From assembly GCA_013115145.1 (NCBI GenBank), contig JAAPAO010000067.1, forward strand, positions 31,111 to 95,110: a stretch of DNA of 64,000 nt, in the 5' to 3' direction. This document shows positions 25,885-37,855 of this stretch, piece by piece (the first letter of the stretch is position 1; the number at the start of each line of letters is the position of its first letter). The DNA comes from Perkinsus chesapeaki ATCC PRA-425 (taxonomy: Eukaryota > Protista > Perkinsozoa). Below the pieces are notes generated by a model that did not search any database, had not been told where the DNA came from, and was given only the letters and a program-made list of their open reading frames with translations. Made by a program: the position numbers and the translations under genes.

Positions 25885-26400
25885 CCCTAGGACTCTACAA
25901 CACACGCCAACTTGGTCCCTTCCGCGACATCCTTGACACTGAAAATGTCCATCGTGAACATTTGCAAGCAAAAGAACGAGATAGCAGCATTCGGGCGTTT
26001 CTCCAATCCAGCCTCAAATGGTGTTGTTGTTGTCCCTTACTTCGTGGGCGAAGCTTGAGTGGCGCTCAGTGTGTGCATCCAGGAAGCCACAATGGTGAAG
26101 GTGTTCGGGCCTCTAGGAGCAGTGTGCGCCACTTACTCGATGTTTGACGCTTTTTTGGGGCTTCTGACAAGAAACACTAGGAAGAACGTGCACCTAGAGG
26201 CCGCGCCAGCGCCCTTCAAGAAAAAATTAAAATTCTTCCCATACTGTTTGTTCACAAATTGTTCCTGTAAATATTCCCAGGAACAGGAAACAATAACCAA
26301 TTATTCCCGGAGATGTACAACCCTGTAAATTGCGAGCTCTCCTCTCCTCCGAGGAATGTTCTTCCTTCACCAGCTCAGGTCACGGTGAGGCGGCGCACAG
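25885..26400 (-). CDS. Small hypothetical spliced gene with apparent very short introns
   Basis: Minus-strand GTAAG donors at 26136 and 26040 with nearby AG acceptors. Frame not resolved. Confidence 0.3.
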
Positions 26401-26853
26401 CAGCATACACCCGCTCCCTAATGGTTATTTCATAAACTAGAGAAGATAAGCAGCCATACTCGAAATTATTGTCTGCTATTTTCAGAAAATAACAGAAAAT
26501 AATTTGGATTTCCCGTGAATCGCCTCGCATCCGTACTTTGGGTAGACTCCAACACGGGCATGTTTGTTGATACAGTATTATAAATTAAGTAGTAGTGTAA
26601 TGGGTAAAACCTCGGAGTTAACTACGTCTCCGTCTCTCATCGATCAATCGATGTAGCTAATGAGGCGCTACTATAACAAAGATGAATGATGCGCTGAAGC
26701 ATCTACATTCTTAATATCATCAGGATCATCATATAAACTTGAAACTCATATAAGGCTGCGTTATCTTCATGAAGGAGAATTATTCTGATAGAGCGGTGTT
26801 CCTGTACAACGGGTCTCTACCGACAACACTAAAAAGTTGGATACACACATTCA

Positions 26854-27300
26854 TCATCTTGCGCATACGATAGCTGGATAGAGGTGGTTAGCCGGTAGAG
26901 CGATAACGTTACCGGGATCACCAAGGTCTAGCACAAGTCGTGCTGGCCCATCAAGCCATGCAGCCTGTCGCAAAGCTGTGCGCCCCAGGTTAAGTCCGGC
27001 AATATGTTGATCATTGAATTCATTGATGAGCTCTAGGCGGTCTTGATCATGCCAATCAAAGGTAATAGTATCATCGTTCATGTCGTACCCGAGACGTATG
27101 TGGAAGGCAAATTCTTCAGTATCGATCAAGAACAGAACTTGTGGTGGGACACGGCCTGGCTGAAACGGTAGAAAGGCAACGTTGATACTGGCCACAAAAT
27201 TACCGTTAGGAGAGTAGCGCAACATGAAGGACACCCCGTTCAGCTGGGCATCACCGCAGGCGACTAGGGCCATCAGAAACCAGCCGTGAATCAGCATCAT
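26854..27300 (-). CDS. Intronless secreted orphan protein (~148 aa)
   Basis: Open frame starting MMLIHGWFLMALVACGDA (signal-peptide-like), followed by a beta-rich body. Confidence 0.6.
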   Translation of the reverse strand: MMLIHGWFLMALVACGDAQLNGVSFMLRYSPNGNFVASINVAFLPFQPGRVPPQVLFLIDTEEFAFHIRLGYDMNDDTITFDWHDQDRLELINEFNDQHIAGLNLGRTALRQAAWLDGPARLVLDLGDPGNVIALPANHLYPAIVCAR

Positions 27301-28482
27301 AGTCAGCTTCAACAGTTTTTGAAGGCGACTTTAGCAATCGTTTTAGCCAGGTAACTTGCTGGGCGCACGTACTGCCGCTGTAACAGCGGCTCGGCTGAAA
27401 GTTCCATGCTCCGGAGCCGAGCATTTGACATATTATCGACTTCGTTCATTCACTATGATTGGTCGCAGATTGCCTTCAAGTGACACACTAAGAGGTTTCG
27501 GTCGCTCTGCTCCTGAGAGGACGGAGAGCGGACCTAGACATGCCAAGCTTTATATAGCTGATATTGTGAGCTGGGGCGTATGTGCAACTCGGCTTCATCT
27601 CTCTCACTCAATATAAAGGGATAAGGCTGGGCACAAGACAATCACACCTGCAGTAGGTGACCTGGTCGGTGACCTACTCGACTGAACTCAGAGAAAGCCT
27701 CAAAGAGTAGAACCACTTAAGCGGAAAATCTTCCTGCGGTTGTTCCCTTAACCAAGCCGCTTGTTAGAAACACTCGCCTTGGATAAAGGAGCTCCCGCAG
27801 AAACACGGTGCTTCTCCCGGAGCGACACGGTGGGTAGCCTACCCAGGATAGGCGCTTTCCAGCACTGGCAAGTCTGAAAAAAGCGCCGAAGTGCCAGCGA
27901 AAAAGCGGATCTTCCGCGACACGGACACGTGAAGGGTTGAAAAGCAGAACAATTCTGCGTCTCAAGCTCAGTGGAGGCTCCAGAACAAGGCGTGGAGCGC
28001 GGCGTACAAGCCGACCGACTCTCTCGCTGCATTAGGTGCGAAAGGCGTAAGGTGTGAAATAGGCCGCCTCACACCTTAAGGCACCTTCCGCCTTGCACCG
28101 TTCGTAAGGAGCAAGGTGACAGACTCTTCCTGCAGTGCAGGCTGCACTTCGCTCATTTACTCTACGCACAACAAGTGGAGCTCCGCAAATACCGGAATCG
28201 AATGCGACTGACTATAGCCGATATACTCGGAGTGCGTCTCCCCATGAGACCCTCATATTGTATAGCAGTCGCACAGCTCAAGACAACGTGGCAAGAGTAG
28301 GTCACTTTTCATCGCGGAAGCATTTTCGCCTCGCCGGTGGAGTTTCGCATGCATACTTTTAAAGCTATGAGGAAGTTGCACGTACATCGGGGCTCTCGAT
28401 GACCGGGCACACTTGGGTATCCGTCACTTTAACCTCAGGATCCCTGAACCAGTTCCACACTGATTGTTCATCACTCTCCCGT

Positions 28483-29037
28483 ATGACGAACATCGCTCTG
28501 CTCGCTCTCCTTGTTGGTGTGCTACCTGAATGTTATGCTGAGGACATCCTGCGTGGATACGTACTCCGAGTTGCGGATGGGGAATGGCAGATTATGGTGG
28601 CATTTGAACCATATAGCGATAGGGTATACATTTCGGCTAATTCTCCTCAACACTCAATCAATGCTTTTTTGCCCTACGAGGTTGATTTGGACGAGGGTGT
28701 GCCGATAGAGGTCCATCTGCTATGGGACCATCCCAGCGCGTCTACAACAAGGGCCAGCTTCTTGAGGTCTATTGGGGACGCTGGAATCAATGATCCTGAG
28801 ATCACCGCAGATGACCGAATCGATACCATATATGTGTCACGAGATGATTTTGGAAATAATGTCGTCAATATATTAGCGCTGGCCCCGCGACTGAGCCGCT
28901 TACCTGTAGTTGTGTCAACAACCACCGACCCATTACACACCTTCAGCATGGCTATAATTGCTTTGTTCTGTGCTATACACAACAGTTATCAACCACACAG
29001 AAGTCTGATCGACGAGAGCTTGCTAACTGATGCTTAG
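28483..29037 (+). CDS. Intronless secreted orphan protein, paralog of 30353-30898
   Basis: Signal-like MTNIALLALLVGVLPECYA. Shares the blocks WQI.V.FE, F.PYE, VHLLW, LSRL and ALFC.I with the downstream gene. Confidence 0.75.
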   Translation: MTNIALLALLVGVLPECYAEDILRGYVLRVADGEWQIMVAFEPYSDRVYISANSPQHSINAFLPYEVDLDEGVPIEVHLLWDHPSASTTRASFLRSIGDAGINDPEITADDRIDTIYVSRDDFGNNVVNILALAPRLSRLPVVVSTTTDPLHTFSMAIIALFCAIHNSYQPHRSLIDESLLTDA

Positions 29038-30352
29038 TATTGACTCTTTCTGTGGTATTCTTAGAAAAGTATCCTATGCCGTTTAGTTATGCTGTTCTTG
29101 AAAGTTTCAAGTTGAAACGGTCTATCGGTATGATGATGTTGCTCCTCCAACGATCCGATGACATCCCTCATGCTTCACGGGTGTGTATTCCTGTAATCTG
29201 AGTACAGTACTCGTTTCACTAATCCAGGATATCATTATCATCACCCGCCTCATCCGCTATCATAAACAATGGGCAATAATTGGTCGCCCGTTCAACACAA
29301 CAATCTTTTATAAGAAAGAACTTTCACTGGCCGGGAGCTGTGTTGAGTCAATCAAGATGAAGTGAACTAATTATTGATTCTTCGGGGTAAGCCGACTTTG
29401 GCGAGGTAGACGAAACCACCACCGCCGGCACATCATGGGTCTATTAAGTTAACCCACTCGATACAGGGTTCCGTGTATTGTTGCTGGGGGGTTCCAAGTT
29501 GCTCACTTCGAGGGTCGTCTCCAAACGTGTGCTGCAACTGAACATCACCCTATCTATCGCACCGTGTTGGGTGCACACAGTAAGTGTCGACAACGCTACC
29601 GTACCCCAGTCTGCCGTCATCTACTTTAATGGGTCAAAGGATGGTCACTGACCATTGGTCAGCTGCTGAACGCAGCGGGCACTGACCCATTGCCGAGCCA
29701 GAGGTGGCGGACATGCTGCGCAGTTGACTGTCTCATTGTATTGTAGTCTTGTGGTATTCTTCCCAGTGAGGCTCTATGGAGGTCTATTATAGCTACAACA
29801 GGAGTTCACCTCTCCAGCTTAATCAAGGCTACGAGCTTGAATTGAAATGACCTCCCTCTGAACTAACGCTACTCAGGGATGAAACTCGGACTCGAAACCC
29901 GAATAACTACTTATCCATCTTATGATACCTTATATGAACCAAGTTCTTATTAAAGGCACCTTGAGCATCGAGATATGTGGCTGAGATCCGCCTGGTGATT
30001 CCTTCGCCAAAAAATTAGTATGCTTGCACCAGCATGTGTGATGGACAATTGAGGTAACCACTGAACACACGATGTGTTGGTCTTATGGGTGTAGACTGTA
30101 CTAGGCGTATAGCCCAATAACCAAGTTAAGTAAAAGACAACTACAACGGGACAAATTAGTTAACAATTCTGAGACTATCAGGGAATAGCGTCTGCGCATG
30201 ATGCAAGAACGCTCGTCATAACGATCGATCAGGTTCAAGGTTCAAGGCTGGTATCAACAAGTGTTTATCCTACAAACGACAACGAGACCATCATAACATA
30301 TACACTGGCAGACGCGAAGCATAGAATAAGTAGAGATACTTGAGAATAGTCA

Positions 30353-30898
30353 TCAAGTTGATAGGCTCCTGCCGAAAGGATTCCTCCCCGGCCGATAACG
30401 GCTCTGTATCGAACAGAACAGAGCGACCACAACCAGATTCAAGCTTCTTCTGAAATCGGTACTTGTTGGCACAAGGTTAAGGCGAGACAAACCCGGTCCT
30501 AACTCGAATATGTTGAGGACATCGTCCTCGGTGTCGTTTTCAGCCAAAAAAATAGTAGTAAAAGGGTTATCCCCGCTGAGATCAGCATGAAGTAATCCAG
30601 CATTCCTCATAGAAGAGACGAAGTCGGTGTAGGTTGACCCAGATGCACCAGGACTGCCCCACAGCAGATGGACAGGTATGGACACAGCATCAGGGTCTCC
30701 AAGCTCATAGGGTACAAAAGCGTCGAGCCATTGGTCAGGGGAAGCAGCTTGGATGTATAACAGATCCCTGTCTGACTCAAATGTAACCACAATCTGCCAA
30801 TGCCCATTCGCAATAGAGAAAACATGCCCACGTGGAAACTCTTGACCGTAAGACATGGATAGCGCAGCCAAGAGTGAGCCAAAGAAGATGCTCTTCAT
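30353..30898 (-). CDS. Intronless secreted orphan protein, paralog of 28483-29037
   Basis: Signal-like MKSIFFGSLLAALSMSYG, plus the collinear similarity described above. Confidence 0.75.
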   Translation of the reverse strand: MKSIFFGSLLAALSMSYGQEFPRGHVFSIANGHWQIVVTFESDRDLLYIQAASPDQWLDAFVPYELGDPDAVSIPVHLLWGSPGASGSTYTDFVSSMRNAGLLHADLSGDNPFTTIFLAENDTEDDVLNIFELGPGLSRLNLVPTSTDFRRSLNLVVVALFCSIQSRYRPGRNPFGRSLST

Positions 30899-31099
30899 GT
30901 TGAAGAGTATGAGTTAGCCTCAACGTAGCTGTGGATTGTAGCCTGTAGTTTTATTCGCATGTCTGATAGGCTATTCGCTAGACTCATCCCTACGGATTGA
31001 CTCGATCGGCTAGCATGTGGTTTCCGGCTTCAGTAGTTTCCTGCTGCATCTGGCGATCGTGACGCATCTTGCGCGAAGAAGCCAATTGATTCGTGGCTC

Positions 31100-32260
31100 T
31101 TGGCTCTATGATATGGCACTGTTATGAAAGCTCTGTTGAGCAGCGCTGCTTATCAAGCTTCCACGGAGCTAACGCATCAACGACGCGCGATTATCATTAG
31201 ACGGTGTCACTCTTATTCGACTAACACTCGGTGTATCCTATTATCTAACTGCCCCTCCTCGAGGCCCCTCGAATTGATTCTAAGGTTACTATTACTGACC
31301 CTAGATAAGCCCCTCCGTAGAAGTCCGCCTTGAAATAGGCTCGAAACACCGCCATTCGTGGTAGTCTGAAGCTATGGTAGCTGGGAAGCATCAACTTGAT
31401 CAATTGAGTGATTGCTCGTCATGCATATCTTCCGGATAGTGGCACCAGGAGTCGGTCGTGGTGTTCAATCGATCATCTTCCACCAGTCTCACTGAATGTC
31501 CAGACCACGAGGCTCCGCCACCGCGAGGCACTTCGCGGACCGCGACACAAGCTAAATTAGGTTGGCTAATAGTTGGGGGAGCGAGGCACTCGGGAAGATG
31601 CCAGCCACTGTGACCGCGGAAACGAGTCGCGCTAGCCAATACGACTGAGCCACATACAAGATAAACTATGCATCTGTGGAACTCCGTAGGCTACCCAGGA
31701 CCTGCCCAAACCCTCTGGCGGACCAATGAATTCCCCTAACAGACTTCCAGTATCGTAACAGCCCGTATGTACGCTCGCCCTCGTGGGAAACTCCTAGTGA
31801 GACGCATCACCATTCTACCACTCCACGGATCATCACAACTGCCGACAGCCATACCCGATGAGAATATAGTAAACATCTTAGCTACTTCGCTCGAATTCGC
31901 GATCATGCTGGGGAGTCATCATAACGCTTCCACAACACTCATCGGACTTATCAGGTATGAATGCTGCACTATTCGATTCTTGGTAGGATGCTTGCAGTAC
32001 TATTTTGCTGAGAAATATACTCACGACGTCTTCGTTGTTATACCCGAGATAGTCTTAGAGTTATTTCATCTTCACGTTGGCCCGCAGAGTACACACGCGC
32101 TACAAACTTGGCTGTGTTGGCTTGGCTGTTCTGTCCCACACACAAGTTATCGGACGAGAGCCAAAAGGCTCTTCTAAAAGAGCCACTCGACTTGATGGTT
32201 GTTTCCAGTGCTACCTAAGATATTCCTGCTCGCCTATATCCTATAGTAGCACGGCTTGTC
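31100..32260. mobile_element. Possible degenerate TE-derived segment
   Basis: Broken coding-like frames without an intron pattern. No decisive motif. Confidence 0.2.
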
Positions 32261-32726
32261 AATGAATTATAGGCGATAACACTGCCAGCGATGATGTGCA
32301 CGATAATGGAATGGTGGACTGAGTGCCATTCAGTGGTGGAGCTGGAGTCTTAAAGTTGAAGCTCTCTTCAAGTGACAGGCAAGTGAACTGTATTGAGTAA
32401 ATTAGTAGAAATAGAAGCAATGACAATGGGATATGCCTACTGGAAGTATGCTGAACCCAATAAGTGAGATTCTATAAATGACATGATGCGAGATTCAAGT
32501 TTGATTTGGGTGTGTAGTACACAACGTGTGTCCGCGTGACCTGGGTACGAAAACTAACAACACCATATGAAGTATGAATGAAAAGTATTCATGCAGAATG
32601 ACTGTCAGAAACAGAGTAGTGTTGTTCTTCATTCTATCCGCTACCGTAGATGACCATATTATGTACTTCGCCTCATCACGGAAGCAGGGGGCAACTTGGT
32701 ATGGAGAGTGGTTATCTAAGAGACGG

Positions 32727-35700
32727 TCATTGATTAGAGGGGTATCTTGCTACCAGCTCTATATGCGCCGGTGCTTTAGCAGTCTGTTTCCTCCAAGTGT
32801 CTCGATCAAATACAGCAAAGCTTGCTCTTGGTTTCTTCGCTTCCGACGTCGAGCTTTCCCCTACAAAAATGTCAGCGGTGCATTATTTCACCAAGTAGAT
32901 TGGACGAACCAGTATCTGTCCGCTGCCTCTTGCCAGCGGAAGCATCTGCTGCCGGTGCTACGGACCCTCCGAACCTTGGAAGGGGTGGGAGGGACCTGAC
33001 AACAACAGACAACATTCACATCTTGCGGCCTCGACGATAGACCTACGTGTCAGTCCGGCTCCTGGTATTCTCACGCGCCACCGCAAACGGATTCGCTGAA
33101 ATCTTCCTCCGAGTCGGCGCCTTGCGACGAGGGATCGTGTTTCTCATTGCCTGGTCTGAATTTTGCTGAGCTCCCTCGGTAACTGAGCCGCAAACCCAAT
33201 GTCCGAAACCGAGCCTCGGCGATTCCATCTGGCATACCATCATCAGCGGTGAGATCGTTCAACAAATCTTCCATATCGAACTCCTCTTCATCCATCTCCC
33301 TGGTGACGGATGTGCCGAAGTTCGACAGGCCGCCCAGCAACTCGGCTTCGAATGTATCCTCGACCGTGGTCTCCACCGTCACCGCTGAGAGAGGTCTAAC
33401 TGTTAACGATGTTGACGCAGATCCATACCGGAGCACTGTGACACGTTCTTGATCTCAGCTTGTCCTCTACTCGCAGTAGTCGCTGATTTTTCCCCTCGGC
33501 TCGTCGGTGCCTCCGCAGATTTCCCTGCGGTGGCCACAGGCTTGAGCGCTCTTGCGAGACCAATCAACATCTGAACACACGTCTTCCCTCGACCAAAGGC
33601 ACCGATGCTGATGGCTCACCTCGCTATCTCGTCCACGTAGTTCTTCTCCTTTTTTCTCTCTTGCCTTTTCAGCACCTTCGACAGTTTCCTTCTCCAACCT
33701 TCGCTGTTCCTCCCGTCGCTTGCGGAGTTGCTCGTACTCTTCTTGGAACCTGCTTGCAGTCTGGATTCCAATACCCAACACCAGGAACGGTCCACCGGGT
33801 CAGAGCCGCAAACTCCATTTTATTGAAGGCGACCCGTTTGCTATGTGCCTCCGATACCTTAGCGGTCGACCGGGCTCCTTCCGTGGCAGCCGAAAAGTCC
33901 TGAAATGACGATGCTCGCATATTAGCAACATCTCCCACTATCGCGCTGCCCGTCCTGGCGCAAATCTTCGCTTTCATAATTCCGGTGTCTACAAGATCTC
34001 CGACGACATCTGCTACGGAAGCACCAGAGAATTGTAGAGAGCCATTGTCAGAGAGGATGGGGCTGAGAAGAAGGCTTAAGATGCGGATGGCAAAATTATG
34101 AGCGCGAAATCCATCTCCGGTGTGGTCTAACAGGTTAAGACGTTCGCACTGTTCAATCAATGCGCGAACGATCCAGGTTCGAATCCTGGCACCGGACAAG
34201 TTCTAAAGGTGTTTTCATGAAATTTTTGGCAAACTGCACAAGCTCGGCTTATGGCTGATTTAGCATGAGGAATGCAATGGGACGGGAGGCAGCTCAACGC
34301 CACTTCCGCGTGGCGGAATGACCCTTACTGGTTTATCAGAAAAGTTGATACGAAGTTAATACTCGGTGGGTTAAGTGACGGTACCTTATGTCATCCGTAA
34401 TCGATTTGCAAATCTCTGTTTTGGGATCGAACACACGATGCAGGAAGAACACCGAGCGTGCTAATTCAAAGTTCTTCCGGAACGTTTCGAACCTGCCAAG
34501 GAGAATCGAAAAACCCGACGGACTGGAAACGCACCTGTCATATTCCAACTGTTTCCTAAACCTATCTTCCATCTTCAAGGATCGCAGAGCCCTCTGCCAA
34601 TCCCTGTATTTATTAATAAGCTTCATTGCTGTTTTTATACCCATTCCATTTAAGTTGCATGCATGAGAGTAATCACAGCCGGCGAGAACCTGCACTAGCT
34701 CCTCGACAGCCGCACGGGGCCGCTTAGAGCCGTACACAGGCGTCGATGAACATATCTTTAGTCCAATCCCTGAGGTTGGCCAGGTCGGCTCCATATTTGT
34801 TTCGGAGCTCCTTCAGAGGGAGGCGGTTCTCGCGCTTATCATCACTTTCCTGCAAGTCGGAATGAGACCGGCAAAAAGATACTTTTGCACTTTGGACTTC
34901 TTGCTGCCTCCCTGCAAGGCCCAAGTGAAGTTAACAACTTGACAGTCTCCTGCTTGATCTAGCTTTGCTATCATCAACTTGCAGCCGTATCTGCGAGATA
35001 CCAGCCATCGAAGCTCATCATCCAGGCGGAACTACGCAAGAACGTCGCTGTCTTCGGAGATAACAGCGTCGACGAGGCCTGCAGGAAGAGGGATTGAGGC
35101 GAGGGTCGTGGAGAGTTGTGGAACTCACCGACCGAATACATATATCCCAGTTGAGCATCTGCCTCATAGGCGGCTACGATGAACTCTACCCCCAAAGCGC
35201 GGAGAGCGCACATGACCTTTGGGGAAGAAAAGCCAGGATGCTGAATGGTATAGCTCACCTTCCTTATCATCTTCTTGGTTATCCTGATGGCCTGCATACA
35301 TTTGGTGCGTATCTCACCAGTCATCTGAGACGCCTGAGTTATACCAGCCGATTCGATCATCGCTTTGGCGGACTCGCTTGCAGTCGTACGAGATTCGCCT
35401 AAGACAAAAGCGATAAGACAACGCCCACTCTCCGCAGAGGAAGAGGTACTTCGTTTTTTTTCCTCCTCGGCTTTGCCTGGCATCCGACAACCATCGAAAA
35501 CGACTACTGGCGTAACGCTGAGGAACGATATCGGCACTGCGGGAAAATTGCTCCTACTCATATCCTTGCAATAGGGCAATCATACGAAGGAAGAAGGTGA
35601 GGAACTTATCACTCTCCTTACCAGAGACCAACTCGAAACAACAGGCGATGGCGCCGCGGTGCATCCAGCACTGAAGGGAGAAACCAACACATGGCCAACA

Positions 35701-35841
35701 CACCAGTGCCCAGATGTAGCGGTGGAAGCAATAGGGGCTTACCATGGCGTCTATTCCAACCCGTTGCCCCTTGAACTCAGATATGTTCTTATTGGTTGCA
35801 GTGCAGCCTTTAAGATATTGTAACAGGTTCTTGACTCCCAT
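32727..35841 (-). CDS. EXO1: Exonuclease 1 (XPG/FEN1 family), multi-exon
   Basis: MGVKNLLQYLK...VGIDAM|CWMHRG; PVVVFDG; AAYEADAQLGY; EDSD; VLAGCDY...GMGIKTAMKLI. Long low-complexity C-terminus containing NPFAV. Confidence 0.9.
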
Positions 35842-36007
35842 ACTGGGACCGTATTCCGCTTTAAAGGATTCGTTGCCACTTAACTGACTAACTCAACACT
35901 CAATGGACAGTTCACGACTTGGGTTTATATAGTGTCACAGAAATGGTACAATATTATATCAACCGCAGCGGAGCGGAGTTTTGCAAACAGTCTCAGTCGA
36001 CGAGGCG

Positions 36008-37652
36008 CTACTCTTTGAGGTATCGATTTCCCAAGCGGGTGTTGTAGGTCGTTTGCTTCTCATGCAGTTGGTAGAGAATAAGGCCACCAATGCCAATCAT
36101 GCACAATAGAAGGAGCATTATCGAACGCAACTGAAGAGACAACACCAAGATAACACATTGAACGATAACCACCTTACGCAGCCTCACATAATTTCGTACA
36201 GTACCGCTATCTAGATACGGTTCGACTTTCAACGCCCCGTAAATTCAATCTTTAAAGGTTCACTTGGAATCTCGGATGTTAGTTTTTTACATATTGCAAA
36301 CACTGTGAGCTGGCGAGCATTCCCCTTCCCTTGCTTACCGGCGATCGCGGTGTGTACATGGTCTCAGTCTTGAAGGTGTCTCCTAGATATGCCTGCACCA
36401 GCCAGTGGTAGACGACCTTCTCAGAGTACCCTCCAGTAGGCCCCAACAGGCATGCTGGACATTGAGACGCGCTCGGCCACTGTGATTCTTGTGCATCATC
36501 ATTCGGCCGTTTGTATTGAAATACTCGAGCGCTGACTGAGTTATGAAACCGCCAAAGCCACATGACAGTTTGCTCCCTTGTTGGAGCATCGCCACCCACA
36601 CATCTGTCATAGAGGCACTTGCCGTAATCTTCCACGAAGTGCCGAGAACACTCATCACACTTAAAGTACTGCGAGACGATAGTCTTGGTCGCCTCCATCG
36701 CTGCCAAGCCTGTGTGGTCAAACACCAGATCGGTGGAGAGCTCCTCATTATAGGGGCGGTCTACCCCCAATGTGAGGTAGTGTAGGAACTGCCAAAGGCC
36801 GCAGCTCAACTGCCCACAAAGCTTCCACTGCCCGGCTGGCATCAACGCCATATCGAGGGTAATCTGTCCGTTCAGGAAAGGCTTTTCTGCGAGTAGGCTC
36901 ATCCATCTTTCGCGAGTTAGAGAATAAACGTTACTCAGGTTATTTCGTATGTCGGCTACCTCTCCTCGGAAGCCCTCATTGGGATACAAAGTAGCTACGC
37001 TGGGCAACACCACGTACTTCAATGCATCCAGACGGTCACCCTCCAGGGCCTCTACCCCGGCCGGAAAGACCGCAGTCGACATTAAATTAGCAAATGCCAG
37101 GATGCTGTCGTGCATCCGATCTTTCGGCCCTCCTGGTTTTCCCGCTCTCGAGACTTCGCTCTTCTCCATCTCAACCGGGGTGCCTCTCAACTGTTCTACT
37201 TTCGGCACGGTAGAAAGGCGGAGCTCTTCGGGCAGCTGGACGTTGACGTACTCTGCAGCACTGATTTGTCTATCCCACACTTCACCTGTCCTCTCGCCGT
37301 TCCTGAACCCCATCAAAGTAGGGTACCGATCAACTCCAGCCGCCCCGCAGGCATCTCGGTGCTGGTTACAATCGATCGCGAAGAACGTCAATGACGGCAC
37401 CCCCGCGAAGGCCTCTGCTATGGCCTCGTATTGGGAGGCGAAACTCGCGCAATGTCCGCACCAAGAAGCGTAGAAGAGCAGCATTCGGATGTCGTCGGAC
37501 TTGCTGTTAACGGTGAGGTTTCGGAGGAGTCCTCCATCGATATCTACCACTTTGCCGTTTTCGGGTGGGAAGAATCCCTGCCCTTGCGCGGATGCTAGAG
37601 GCTTACCGGCGACCACAAGGAACAGAAACAAGCACAAGAGCAGGTTTATCAT
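36008..37652 (-). CDS. QSOX: Quiescin-sulfhydryl oxidase (thioredoxin + ERV/ALR), probably with a spliced C-terminal TM exon
   Basis: Signal MINLLLCLFLFLVVAG; FYASWCGHC; CGLWQFLH; FKCDECSRHF; WLWRFHNSV; WPSASQCPAC. The hydrophobic segment in 36008-36232 is the likely last exon. Confidence 0.9.
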
Positions 37653-37855
37653 AATTATAAAGGAAATAATCTACAAAAAATAGGCGGAGCGAAGCACAAC
37701 ACAAACCAGAGACCGATGGAATCCCAGCTACCAGTGGCGAGGTGGGGGATTGCGAGTGGTATATACCTTACGTGGTGTTGGCGGCAGTGATGATGATGAT
37801 GTACAATCGAATGATGAAAGTGTACATCAATACTTCACAGAAACAGTGTGTCTAA

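Noticed and set aside
25885-26012. Weak ribosomal S18-like wording (LDWRNARML)
   Set aside because: The downstream S18-like residues could not be placed in the same frame with plausible introns.
29400-29730. Possible decayed fourth member of the secreted family
   Set aside because: Only a few residues of resemblance in stop-broken frames.
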